Part shown: one piece after another, positions 1 through 8,447 of the stretch | Position numbering within the stretch: the first letter of the stretch is position 1 | How the letters are laid out: each line of letters starts with the position of its first letter | From: a virus | Length of the DNA stretch: 43,648 nt | Virus record (IMG/VR): IMGVR_UViG_3300038701_000611 | Coordinates: 1-43,648 of that record | Reading direction: 5' to 3' (one strand) | The notes under the pieces: model-generated | What the model was told of the DNA's origin: nothing | The model's database searches: none | The model's input: the letters and a program-made list of their open reading frames with translations, nothing else | Program-made: the position numbers and the translations under genes

Positions 1-127
1 TGGGATATGATATCCCCTGCAGACCTAATGATTTCAACAGGTTAGTGCCCGCCGTGACGCCGTTGGTGACGCGAGGGTGCCGAGGGACCCCCCAAGGGGG
101 GAAGCCGGATCGCGGCGCTTATCATAA
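1..127. repeat. Direct terminal repeat, right-end copy in T7 orientation
   Basis: Bases 1-127 are identical to 43522-43648 by direct reading. The repeat starts with the inverted repeat GGGATAT-g-ATATCCC and contains a CCCCCC-AA-GGGGGG palindrome. T7-like genomes carry short direct terminal repeats. Confidence 0.8.
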
Positions 128-375
128 AGTGCCTCGGATACCTACAACAAAAACGATCCTCCCCTTTGAGGAGAAGTCAAGCAGAGCTTTCATGGGCGCA
201 TGGTCAGGCCCTGCTTGGGTCTAAGACGCCCAGTCAAGGATATCTTTCGTTGGCGCATAGGTAGGTCCATGAGAGGGGTGTCTATCAAGGACACCATCAC
301 TCATGGTGGACCTACAGTCCTTCTCTAGGCGCATCTACAGGTCCTACCTAAGGGATAACCTTAGGGGGACCCCTC

Positions 376-395
376 CGATAACGCCGGGTTTTGGA
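376..395 (-). promoter_or_regulatory. Candidate phage RNA polymerase promoter, phiOR-like position
   Basis: The 20-mer CGATAACGCCGGGTTTTGGA (minus strand TCCAAAACCCGGCGTTATCG) is identical to 22976-22995 and differs at one base from 34694-34713. It is intergenic, between the terL stop and the terminal repeat. Confidence 0.45.
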
Positions 396-442
396 TAGTG
401 TAAGGTATCCAATGGGTTACCGAAGGGGTCCTTGAGGGGTCT

Positions 443-2194
443 TTAGGCCTTGATTGAGAAGCCGTCGCGACGACCAGAGCGCCTTGAGGGCTTACGGAAC
501 TCAGCCATGATCTGATTGGCGTAGAAGTCCTTCAACTCCTTCTCCATCAGCTTGTCCTTCGCCTTCTGGGCAGCCTTCTTGCTGTCCTGAGCGAGGGCAT
601 CAACCCAGTAGGACACGGCACCAGCGACAGCATCGAGGCGGTCATCGTGGGCCAGAGCGCCCTTGTCCCTCGTGATGCGGGTCATCTGGTAGAACAGACG
701 GTACTGGGTGGCTTTCTCAGAGGTGTAGCCGGTCACCTGAGTGTCATCGTCCCTCACGACATCCTCACCGACCACCAGACGGTGCTGGTTCATGATAGGC
801 TCTAGGGTGTCGATGATGCGGAGTTCCTTCTGGCGGTTGTTCCGTACAGGCTCGATGGCACATGGGTGTCCTACGGCCACCAGATGGGGCTGGAGGAGCT
901 TCTCGAACATCCCCTGACCGAAGTTCTCCTCGATCAAGATGGTGTTCACGCCCTGATCCTTGGCGTCCTGAGCGATACGCCTGAGGACAGGGTCCTCATA
1001 GCCGCCTTGGGTGCCCACCACCTTGGTCAGGTAGACCGTAGCGTTGAGCATCTTGGCGACAGCCCATGTGGTTTCGTCAGCACCCCGGCCAGCGGGGTCA
1101 ACGAACATGATCGTCCCTGTGTACGCACTGTATGCGCTCTCATCGGTGTAGGCTGGGCGATAGAAGGCATCGCCGTCCATGCCCGGTGTGATGAGGTCGT
1201 GGTACATCTGGGAGGGCTTAGGTCCCCAAGCGACACTCACCGGCCCCTTCTCGTTGTCGAGAGGCATGATGATGAGGTCTTTGAGCTTCAGGGGGTAGCG
1301 TTCGGCGTCCGAGAGGCTCGTATCCAGAAGGAACTGGAGGGAGAAGCCTGCGGCACCGTAGGAGAGCTTACGCTCCGCTAGGTCGTCATCGGTGAAGCGC
1401 TTGGGGTCCAGAGAGGTCCCCATCTTGTAGCCAGCTTCCATCATCTGGTGGACGTAAGGGGCCAGCTTGGAGCGCATCCGGGTGTAGTAGGTGTCGTCCG
1501 GCACTTCAGCAGGCCAGACACGGATGTCATAGCCACGCTCGGGCAGTCGGTTGTAGAGGGACTGCTCGGTCTGTGGGGTGCCGAGGTAGACGATGTTGCC
1601 TCCCGGCTTCAGAACACTGTCGAACTCCTTGATCAGCTCGGCGAGCTTGTCGCGCATGTTCTGCGTCTCAGAGTTCTTCGGGATTTCGATGTCATCTGCG
1701 ATGATCGTATCCGCACGAGAACCCGTCAGCTGGCCGGTGATGCCCACCGACTTCACTGAGGGTGAACCACCAGCGCTTGAAGGACCCACGTCGAATGCCT
1801 CGTTGGAGGTCCTGTGGTGTGCCTTAGGCCTGAGGTGCTGGAGGATTTCCATCTCGTTGATCAGGCGCTTCACGAAGATCGAGAAGGCCGTCGCGCGCTC
1901 CTCACCTGCGGACACCACCATGACTTTGTGCTGGGGGTCTCTCAGGAGAAGCCAGAGGACGAACGCCACGGTGACGTAGGATTTGCCCACGCCCCGGAAG
2001 CCTTCAATGATCCTTCGCCGGGGGCCGTGTTGGAGGTAGTCTGCCATGTCCAGCTGGACAGGCGTAGGCTCTGGTAGGCCTAGGAAGTCCCAGACGATAT
2101 GGAGGAAGACTTTGAAGTCCTCATACATCGCCCAGACACCGGGGTGGTCAGCGAACTCTTCGCGCCACCACGGGTGAACGTCGGGTGCTGCCAA
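443..2194 (-). CDS. terL: Terminase large subunit (T7 gp19-like)
   Basis: 583-aa ORF with a TTG start 7 nt after AAAGGAGA. It has a Walker A-like GFRGVGKS motif and overall gp19-like sequence. It is the last gene before the terminal repeat, as in T7. Confidence 0.9.
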   Translation of the reverse strand: MAAPDVHPWWREEFADHPGVWAMYEDFKVFLHIVWDFLGLPEPTPVQLDMADYLQHGPRRRIIEGFRGVGKSYVTVAFVLWLLLRDPQHKVMVVSAGEERATAFSIFVKRLINEMEILQHLRPKAHHRTSNEAFDVGPSSAGGSPSVKSVGITGQLTGSRADTIIADDIEIPKNSETQNMRDKLAELIKEFDSVLKPGGNIVYLGTPQTEQSLYNRLPERGYDIRVWPAEVPDDTYYTRMRSKLAPYVHQMMEAGYKMGTSLDPKRFTDDDLAERKLSYGAAGFSLQFLLDTSLSDAERYPLKLKDLIIMPLDNEKGPVSVAWGPKPSQMYHDLITPGMDGDAFYRPAYTDESAYSAYTGTIMFVDPAGRGADETTWAVAKMLNATVYLTKVVGTQGGYEDPVLRRIAQDAKDQGVNTILIEENFGQGMFEKLLQPHLVAVGHPCAIEPVRNNRQKELRIIDTLEPIMNQHRLVVGEDVVRDDDTQVTGYTSEKATQYRLFYQMTRITRDKGALAHDDRLDAVAGAVSYWVDALAQDSKKAAQKAKDKLMEKELKDFYANQIMAEFRKPSRRSGRRDGFSIKA

Positions 2195-2325
2195 GGCAGT
2201 CTCCTTTCATGTTTGGATAGAATGCCCGCTAAGGGGCCTAGGATCGCTCAGGAGAGCATCCAAGAAGCCCCATGGCCGATTGACCATGGGGTAACTAAGA
2301 GGCTCTGACGACCCTCTGAGGGGCC

Positions 2326-2571
2326 TTAGTTGAGGATGTCGCTGATCTCGTCAGGATCACCGCCTGTGGCGATGCTTCCGATCTTGTCAGCGAGTGCTTG
2401 GAGCGCCTTGTTGTCGGCGTCTCGTGCTGGCTCCACGCCATTGTCCTTCAGGAACTTGATGGCCTGTGCGAGCATCTGGGGGGACGGCTCGTCTCCGAGG
2501 GCTTCCATCAAGGTCTCAGCGACCTTCTGGTGGAGCATCTCTAGGAAGTCGAGCTTCGCAGCTTTACTCAT
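2326..2571 (-). CDS. terS: Terminase small subunit (T7 gp18-like)
   Basis: The ATG at 2571 overlaps the upstream stop (ATGAGTAA). The product is 81 aa (MSKAAKLDFLEMLHQ...). Size and position immediately upstream of terL match gp18. The ORF-track start at 2601 is probably an over-extension. Confidence 0.6.
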   Translation of the reverse strand: MSKAAKLDFLEMLHQKVAETLMEALGDEPSPQMLAQAIKFLKDNGVEPARDADNKALQALADKIGSIATGGDPDEISDILN

Positions 2572-2770
2572 CGCGGTCCTCCAGCGTGTCGAAGCGGCCA
2601 CGGAGATACTGAGTGTCCTCGCGGATCAACTCGATGCTGTCCCTCATGGCGGCGATGTCAGACTTGTTGGCCTGAATGCCTCCCCAGACAGTAGCCGCAG
2701 CCACGGCTATGCCGGTCAGGACGGTCACGAGACCTTCCCAACCGATTTCGATCTTCGATGCGATAGCCAT
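2564..2770 (-). CDS. Small single-pass membrane protein, holin-like (T7 gp17.5 position)
   Basis: 68 aa with one hydrophobic helix (LVTVLTGIAVAAATVWGGI) followed by a charged C-terminal tail. It lies between the fibre genes and terS, where T7 encodes its 67-aa holin. Confidence 0.45.
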   Translation of the reverse strand: MAIASKIEIGWEGLVTVLTGIAVAAATVWGGIQANKSDIAAMRDSIELIREDTQYLRGRFDTLEDRDE

Positions 2771-2775
2771 AGCAC

Positions 2776-3066
2776 TTAGGCGAAGCCTCCGTGGCCTTCA
2801 GGGTTGATGATGTTGTCCGCAAGGGAAGCCACGAAGCCGCTCCGCAGGAGAACCACGGGTTCACTCTGCACGCCAGCCTCAAGGACTTCCTGCTCGCCCG
2901 TCTCCGGGTCAGGCTCGGACATAACAGGCGCGGTAAGCCACACAGGCCCCGGCGTGCGCGTCCAGCCGCTTGCGGGTTGATAGGTCTGCGTCTCAGCGTC
3001 CAGCGTCAAAGCGCCGTCCGCCTCAGCAGCGGCCTCAGTAGGCCAGTTGTAGAAGTAGGTTTTCAT
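2776..3066 (-). CDS. Hypothetical protein adjacent to the fibre genes
   Basis: 96-aa ORF with AAGGA 8 nt upstream of the ATG. It is tightly packed after the 708-aa fibre-like gene. No family was recognised. Confidence 0.5.
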   Translation of the reverse strand: MKTYFYNWPTEAAAEADGALTLDAETQTYQPASGWTRTPGPVWLTAPVMSEPDPETGEQEVLEAGVQSEPVVLLRSGFVASLADNIINPEGHGGFA

Positions 3067-3077
3067 GGTGTTTTCCT

Positions 3078-5204
3078 TTAGTTGCCCACGTAGGTGTCGA
3101 TCTGCTCAGGCGTGGCAGCAGAGGCGGCGAACTTGATCGACTTGATGTAAGAGTTGGGCTGGGCTGTGCCGTTGGCTGAAGAGCCTACTCGCAAAGCTCG
3201 AGGCCCGATCGAAGACACGTCAAACGAAGTGTCGAGAACGCTCGGTAGGCCTGTGATCGCAAAGCGGACATTGTCCTTTGAGGCAGAGATAGCGGCCCTC
3301 AGCACATCGCCCCGTGCAGCTGCGGGGGCGGCCGCGTATGTCAGCGTGTCCCCGCCTGCGCTGCCGCTCCAGTAGGAGCTTGAAGCGCCGCTCGCCAGCC
3401 CTTGGATTGCCACCCGTTCGTTCACGGCATCAGCCACCTCCAGAATGCGCGGGAAGGACAACTCTCCGGGCGGGTTGGTGTATTCCACGAACAGGCTGAA
3501 GTCCTGCCCGTCAGACGACCAAAGGCCCTCTGAGACCTCGATAACATCAGCCGCCCGTGTAGCGGCCCCCGGCGCGTCCTTTGGAGGCAGGATGGGAGAC
3601 GTGGGGTAGGCTTTCTGTTCAAGCTGTGGGGCGTAGATGCGGAGAGTGAAATCAACGCTTTCAGATGCGGCAAAATAAGTTAGCTCTGGTCGTACTGTTG
3701 CTGCTGTCGCTTCTTGGACGCTAGATGCTCCTGCAAAACGGGCATGTGATCCGCTTACGCCCGACACCGTCGCGAGCGTGGTGCGGGCCAGAAACGACGC
3801 TGCACCGTTAAATTCTGAAATTGCCAGACCAAAATCACTTGATGGGGCAGAGCCGCCAACAAGCCGGATGCCAACTGACATAGCAATATCGTCGTTTTGA
3901 ACCGCTGAGATTGCGGTGCTTGTATCGAACCTGATCTGCAGAGTGCCTGATAAGGTTCCGGTAAATCTCACATCAACGTAAGACCATCCATTTTCATAAC
4001 CAGAGCCAACCACACTTCTGGTTGTTCCAGCCGCCGCAATATCCCAATTCGTCGGAAGCGTCCCCGGCGTACCAGCAACCGCGCCTTCAGCCCTTGGGTT
4101 CCTGATCTGGTTCGTGGTCGCCTCTTCGACCAGAAGCCCCTTCCCGGTAACCGCTGGAACATTCGGAAGGTACTCGCGATAGGCACCCACCGCGCCGCCG
4201 TTGGTGCCATCCCACTCGCCCGCGTTGGACTTGCGGGATGCACGGTTGACTGAGACTAGCGGGGTGACCGTTTCGGTGGCACGCGTGGATGCTCCCGGTG
4301 TGCCGATGGCTGGGAGGATCGGGGAGGACGGGGCGGAAGCTTGTTCGAGTTGAGGGGCATCAACCTCAAGCGTATAATCCGCCGCAGACGCCCCCGAGCT
4401 GGCATATACCAGACGGATAACTGGCCGCGCGAAGGCAGCACTGGCGTTGAGCATGGTGTAAGTGCCGAAGAAGCGCCGGGGGAGTTCATCCAAGCCCCCT
4501 TCGATTGCATCTGTAAGGATGCTAGAGCTTTGTAAGAAGTTGCCGTTGATATCCTGCTCGTCGATGCGCAGCTCGATCCTCTGCAAGCCCGCCAGACTCC
4601 CCGCTGCGAGCCGCAGCCCCAGCGAGAGGGTCAAAACGTCGCCTTGAACCGCCGTCGCAGCGGTGGACTCCTCTAGAATGAGGAACTCGGTGTCATTGTT
4701 GGCCCCGCCCGAGAACCGCACGCGGGTGTAGGGAACCCCATTCCTGTAGTTCGCTTCCTCCACCGTCCTTGTTGCCGCGCTCAGGCTTGTGGACCAATTC
4801 GTCGGAAGCGTCCCCGGCGTTCCCGCTACCGCCCCTTCGCAGCGCGGGTTCCTGATCTGGTTGGTGCTGCTGGCTTCCTCAAGCAAACCCTGAGACCCAT
4901 AACGGATCGCGTTGTTCGCATACTCGGTCAGCCGTCCGCAGACACCGCCATTCGTGAAGTCCCACTCAGGGTACCAGCCCTTCGACCCGCGAGTGCAGGT
5001 GGCGTCGAGGAGTTCCAGAGCGGCGTACTGGTTGGGGTCACCCCCGATGTCGGCCTTGTAGAAGTACTGGTTGATGAACCGGAGGTCCAAGGACGCGTTG
5101 CCGCTTAGGGCGGTCGTTAGGTTTCTCAGGCGGTCCCGCAGCGTCCAGTGCTGAGAGGCCTGCGGGGAAGACGAATAGCCTCCCCCGAGGTTGATGTTCG
5201 ACAT
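3078..5204 (-). CDS. Tail fibre / receptor-binding protein with two tandem lectin-like modules
   Basis: 708 aa with AAAGGA 7 nt upstream of the ATG. Two paralogous modules of about 230-250 aa each contain TNQIRNPR.EGAVAGTPGTLPTNW and end in APQLEQ..P.SPILP....G..TRA. It lies directly downstream of the gp17-like fibre gene. Confidence 0.65.
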   Translation of the reverse strand: MSNINLGGGYSSSPQASQHWTLRDRLRNLTTALSGNASLDLRFINQYFYKADIGGDPNQYAALELLDATCTRGSKGWYPEWDFTNGGVCGRLTEYANNAIRYGSQGLLEEASSTNQIRNPRCEGAVAGTPGTLPTNWSTSLSAATRTVEEANYRNGVPYTRVRFSGGANNDTEFLILEESTAATAVQGDVLTLSLGLRLAAGSLAGLQRIELRIDEQDINGNFLQSSSILTDAIEGGLDELPRRFFGTYTMLNASAAFARPVIRLVYASSGASAADYTLEVDAPQLEQASAPSSPILPAIGTPGASTRATETVTPLVSVNRASRKSNAGEWDGTNGGAVGAYREYLPNVPAVTGKGLLVEEATTNQIRNPRAEGAVAGTPGTLPTNWDIAAAGTTRSVVGSGYENGWSYVDVRFTGTLSGTLQIRFDTSTAISAVQNDDIAMSVGIRLVGGSAPSSDFGLAISEFNGAASFLARTTLATVSGVSGSHARFAGASSVQEATAATVRPELTYFAASESVDFTLRIYAPQLEQKAYPTSPILPPKDAPGAATRAADVIEVSEGLWSSDGQDFSLFVEYTNPPGELSFPRILEVADAVNERVAIQGLASGASSSYWSGSAGGDTLTYAAAPAAARGDVLRAAISASKDNVRFAITGLPSVLDTSFDVSSIGPRALRVGSSANGTAQPNSYIKSIKFAASAATPEQIDTYVGN

Positions 5205-5218
5205 GGTCGATCCTTTGA

Positions 5219-8200
5219 TTAGCGTTTGAAGTGGATGCAGTGAAGCTCAAGGTCCTCAAGGCCCCAGTCGTTGGTGGAGCCGATCTGCCAGTTCTTCATC
5301 CCGTACTGGTTGCCGTTCGAGTAGGGGATCGTGTTGGTGTCCAAGTGCCACATGAAGACGGCCTTGTAGGGGACCGTATCAGCGTCCACAGGCATGGTGA
5401 CGATGGAGCTTCCCGACCGAGGGACGGTGGAGCGTGCCTTGCTGTCCCTGAGTTCAGTGGACATTCGGTTCCCGTAGGTCCCGTCGAAGGCCCGTTCTTC
5501 CTTGATACGGGAGCGGACCAGCCCTTGGGTCTGGATGATCGATGTGATGCTGGTGGTCTGAGGGACTAGGAAGAGTTTCTCCCAGAACGCCATGTACTCG
5601 CAGAGCTGGCCTTCGTGCCAGATGTCGTAGTCGTAGGCGATCATCACCTCGCGTCCCGGCTCCTGAACCCCTGTGATGGGGACCTCGAAGACGTTGGCCC
5701 TCCACGGTTGGTAGGAGGTGTTGGTGGCGTACTCCTTCGGCTGCCAAGGGCCGCCCGCGTTCGCCCACTTGCCAAAGTCGGAGGAGGTCACAGACTTCCC
5801 TGCGATCTTCAGAGTGTTGATCTGAGCATCGCCGATCTTGGCGTTCGTGATCGCGGCATCGCCGATCTTGGCGTTGGTGATCGCAGCGTCCTGTATCTTC
5901 GCGCTTGAGATCGCCGCGTTGCCGATCTTGGCGTTGGTGATCGCAGCGTCCTTGATCTGGGCAGTACCGATCCACGCTGTGTTGATCGTGGCGTCCCTAA
6001 GGTTTGCGAAGTCCAAGTGGAAGGACTTCACAGCGAGGTCGTTGATCTGGGCGCTGTCGATGGAGGCGGTCCCGATCCTTGCGGAGTTCAGGACGACGTT
6101 ACCGTTCTCGATCAGGAAGACGCCCTGTGGTGTCCCTCCCGGTACTCCGGGGTCTGACACAAGGAACCTGTTGGCGAGGATGGCAAACTCACTCTCTACG
6201 CCGTCGTTCGACAGCCCAAAGCCTGTCACGTTGCCGTCTACGTCAATGCGGACAGTGTAAGACGCCTCGATCTTCGAGAGAGCGTTCGACGCCTTTCCGT
6301 CCGCAGTCACAGCCTTACCGTCAGCCGTGGCAGCGTCCTGCAGCGCATCGTCGGCCTTGTCCTCTATCCGCGAAACCGTCTGGATGGTCGCGTAGTTGTT
6401 CTCCAGCTCTAGGCTTAAGGCGTCTACGCTCCGGACGAGGGAGCCGGTCTCGTCCGCCCTGACCTCGTCGAGTGTGAGGGAGGAAGCGAGGACCCCAGCA
6501 ACGTCAGCCAAGAGGAACTCGAAGTTCTCCGCAGCGGCGCTGTTGGCCGTAGTGGCGGTCGTGAGGGCAGTAGCCGCGAGGGTCTCGTTGTTTCCGACCC
6601 GGCCCGTCAGGGTGTTTAGGTCTTCAACAATCGCCTCGTCGCCTTGAACCCGCAGACCCGTCTCGGTCGTTATCGCTCCCTCTGCGTCTTCCACGCGGCC
6701 TGTCAAGGTGCTCAGGTCCTGCGCCAAGGCGCTGTCAGCATTGGCCCTAGCTTGAGCCTCTTGGGTGATCGCTGCTTCGTTCTCCCCCACGGAGGCCTGA
6801 AGGAACGTAAAGTCCCTGACCAACGCCTCGGTGGCGTCGACGGTCACCTCGGTAGTGTTGAACAGGCCACCAAAGGCCCCAGCCAACTCGGCCTGAAGAC
6901 CCTCAATGCGCTCGAGGTTCGCTTGGAACCGCGTCAGGTCGAGACTCGCTGCCGACAGGATGTCAGCTTCAGCGTCTCCTACGCGGCCTGTGAGGGTTGA
7001 TATGTCGGAGGCTAAGGCGCTGTCAGCGTTAGTGCGCAGCTGGGCCTCGTTTATGATGGCTGTCTCAGCACCCCCTACCCGCCCCGTCAGCACCGTAAGT
7101 GCCCCGGCGTTGGCCGAAATATCATCAGCCTGCGTAGTCAAGGATTGATCAATACGGGCCACGTTGTCGTTGAAGGAGGACTGGAGGTTCCTCACGAACT
7201 CGGAGGTGGCCTCTTCCTTGGAGATCAGGGCGGTGTTAGCCGCGAAGATCAGAGAGAAGCTCTCCCCCTGCTCGGCAGAGAGAAGGTCTATCCGCTGGCT
7301 CAAGGCCTCGTCGGCGTTCGCCCTTGCGGTCTCCTCCGCGGTGATAGCGGCAGTGAAGTCGCCATCGACGAAGGTGGCGTTGAGGTTGTCGATCCGCTGG
7401 CTGAGGGCTTCGTCCTCGTCGATACGGGCTTGGGCCTCGGTCGATAAGGATGCGGAGAACCCTGAGATGTCCGCCTGAAGGACCTGAACGTCACTAGCGA
7501 TAGCGCTGTCGGCGTCCGTTCGGGCCTGCTGCTCCGTAAGGATGGACGCTTCGTTCTCTTCAGTCTTGGCGGCGAGGAGTGTCGTCTGCCGCGCAAGGTT
7601 TCCGATCTCGTCGGCGCTTACTTCTTGCTCGGTGACCACAGCGGCGAAGCCTCGGGCGGTCTCAGCGTAGAGGGCCTCAAGGTCCTCTTCGACACCCTTG
7701 CGCTTCCGGGCCTCCTCAAGGAGACCAGCGGCCCTCGCGTCTGCCTCCGCGATCAGCCCGTCGTTACGGGCCTGTGCCTCGGCGGCGAACCCTTGAATGC
7801 GGGCGTCGGCCTCGGCCTGATCAGCTGCCACGCGGGCCTGCTGCTCTTGCACGATGTCGTCAGCGTTGGCCTGATCAGCCGCTATGCGGGCCTGCTGCTC
7901 TGAGAGGAGGGCATCCTGCCGGTCCTGAATTTCCTGCGCTAGAGCTGCGGTGTCTATAGCCGCATCCGACAAGATGTTCTGAATAACCGGGGAGTTCCGG
8001 GCAGCCTCATTCAAAAGCTCTTGGAGGTCCTGAGCCGTCGCTGGGTTGTCTGGAAGCGGGCTGGATAGGAGCACGTCTCCTTGGAGGACACCATCGACAA
8101 TCCCGTCGATCATCTCTTGCACGAGGTAGAAGTTCTGGAGGGTTGCCGCGTCCAGATCACCTGCGAGGAGGGTCTGGCCGTCAGCGAAGTCTGTGATGCG

Positions 8201-8410
8201 GTTGACCTTATCAGTCAGCCGCTGGACCTTCACCGAGGCTGCATCAGCGGGCGCCGGATCGATCTCGATATTGGTCGGACTGGCCCATTTGAAGCCTGTC
8301 ATGATCCCATCGACGAACACGAATACGTGGGATCGCCTTAGGTAGCCGAAGGGAACTGCGAATTGCTTCGTGTTCCCATCAGCCTGATAGGTCGTGTATG
8401 AGAGTGGCAT
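5219..8410 (-). CDS. Tail fibre protein (T7 gp17-like N-terminus)
   Basis: 1063 aa. The N-terminus (MPLSYTTYQADGNTKQFAVPFGYLRRSHVFVFVDG ... ITDFADGQTLLAGDLD) follows the T7 gp17 adaptor-domain pattern. It has a long Ala/Glu/Gln-rich repeat region with four LTGRVG segments, then 10-aa repeats (DAAITNAKIG). Confidence 0.85.
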   Translation of the reverse strand: MPLSYTTYQADGNTKQFAVPFGYLRRSHVFVFVDGIMTGFKWASPTNIEIDPAPADAASVKVQRLTDKVNRITDFADGQTLLAGDLDAATLQNFYLVQEMIDGIVDGVLQGDVLLSSPLPDNPATAQDLQELLNEAARNSPVIQNILSDAAIDTAALAQEIQDRQDALLSEQQARIAADQANADDIVQEQQARVAADQAEADARIQGFAAEAQARNDGLIAEADARAAGLLEEARKRKGVEEDLEALYAETARGFAAVVTEQEVSADEIGNLARQTTLLAAKTEENEASILTEQQARTDADSAIASDVQVLQADISGFSASLSTEAQARIDEDEALSQRIDNLNATFVDGDFTAAITAEETARANADEALSQRIDLLSAEQGESFSLIFAANTALISKEEATSEFVRNLQSSFNDNVARIDQSLTTQADDISANAGALTVLTGRVGGAETAIINEAQLRTNADSALASDISTLTGRVGDAEADILSAASLDLTRFQANLERIEGLQAELAGAFGGLFNTTEVTVDATEALVRDFTFLQASVGENEAAITQEAQARANADSALAQDLSTLTGRVEDAEGAITTETGLRVQGDEAIVEDLNTLTGRVGNNETLAATALTTATTANSAAAENFEFLLADVAGVLASSLTLDEVRADETGSLVRSVDALSLELENNYATIQTVSRIEDKADDALQDAATADGKAVTADGKASNALSKIEASYTVRIDVDGNVTGFGLSNDGVESEFAILANRFLVSDPGVPGGTPQGVFLIENGNVVLNSARIGTASIDSAQINDLAVKSFHLDFANLRDATINTAWIGTAQIKDAAITNAKIGNAAISSAKIQDAAITNAKIGDAAITNAKIGDAQINTLKIAGKSVTSSDFGKWANAGGPWQPKEYATNTSYQPWRANVFEVPITGVQEPGREVMIAYDYDIWHEGQLCEYMAFWEKLFLVPQTTSITSIIQTQGLVRSRIKEERAFDGTYGNRMSTELRDSKARSTVPRSGSSIVTMPVDADTVPYKAVFMWHLDTNTIPYSNGNQYGMKNWQIGSTNDWGLEDLELHCIHFKR

Positions 8411-8447
8411 GGGTATCCTATAGGAGGGCTAGGCCCCCTAAGGGGAC

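Noticed and set aside
2195-2230. Partial match to the upstream half of the promoter motif (CTATCCAAAC) upstream of terL
   Set aside because: It shares only about 10 nt, and only with the 376-395 copy. It lacks the invariant CCCGGCGTTATCG core.
2195-2325. Rz/Rz1 spanin genes in the terS-terL gap, and the out-of-frame 74-aa ORF at 2658-2882 with an FSCG motif
   Set aside because: The gap holds only a 26-aa ORF with no signal or lipobox features. The 74-aa ORF starts inside another gene, has no RBS, and its WFSC sequence is a poor lipobox.
8411-8447. A T7-consensus-like promoter end (CCTCCTATAGGATACCC) just upstream of the tail fibre ATG
   Set aside because: The resemblance is limited to TATAGG, occurs only once, and shows no similarity to the 20-bp motif found three times. 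It also overlaps the RBS region. The preceding hairpin (GGTCCCC-TTA-GGGGGCC) is noted, but no function is claimed.
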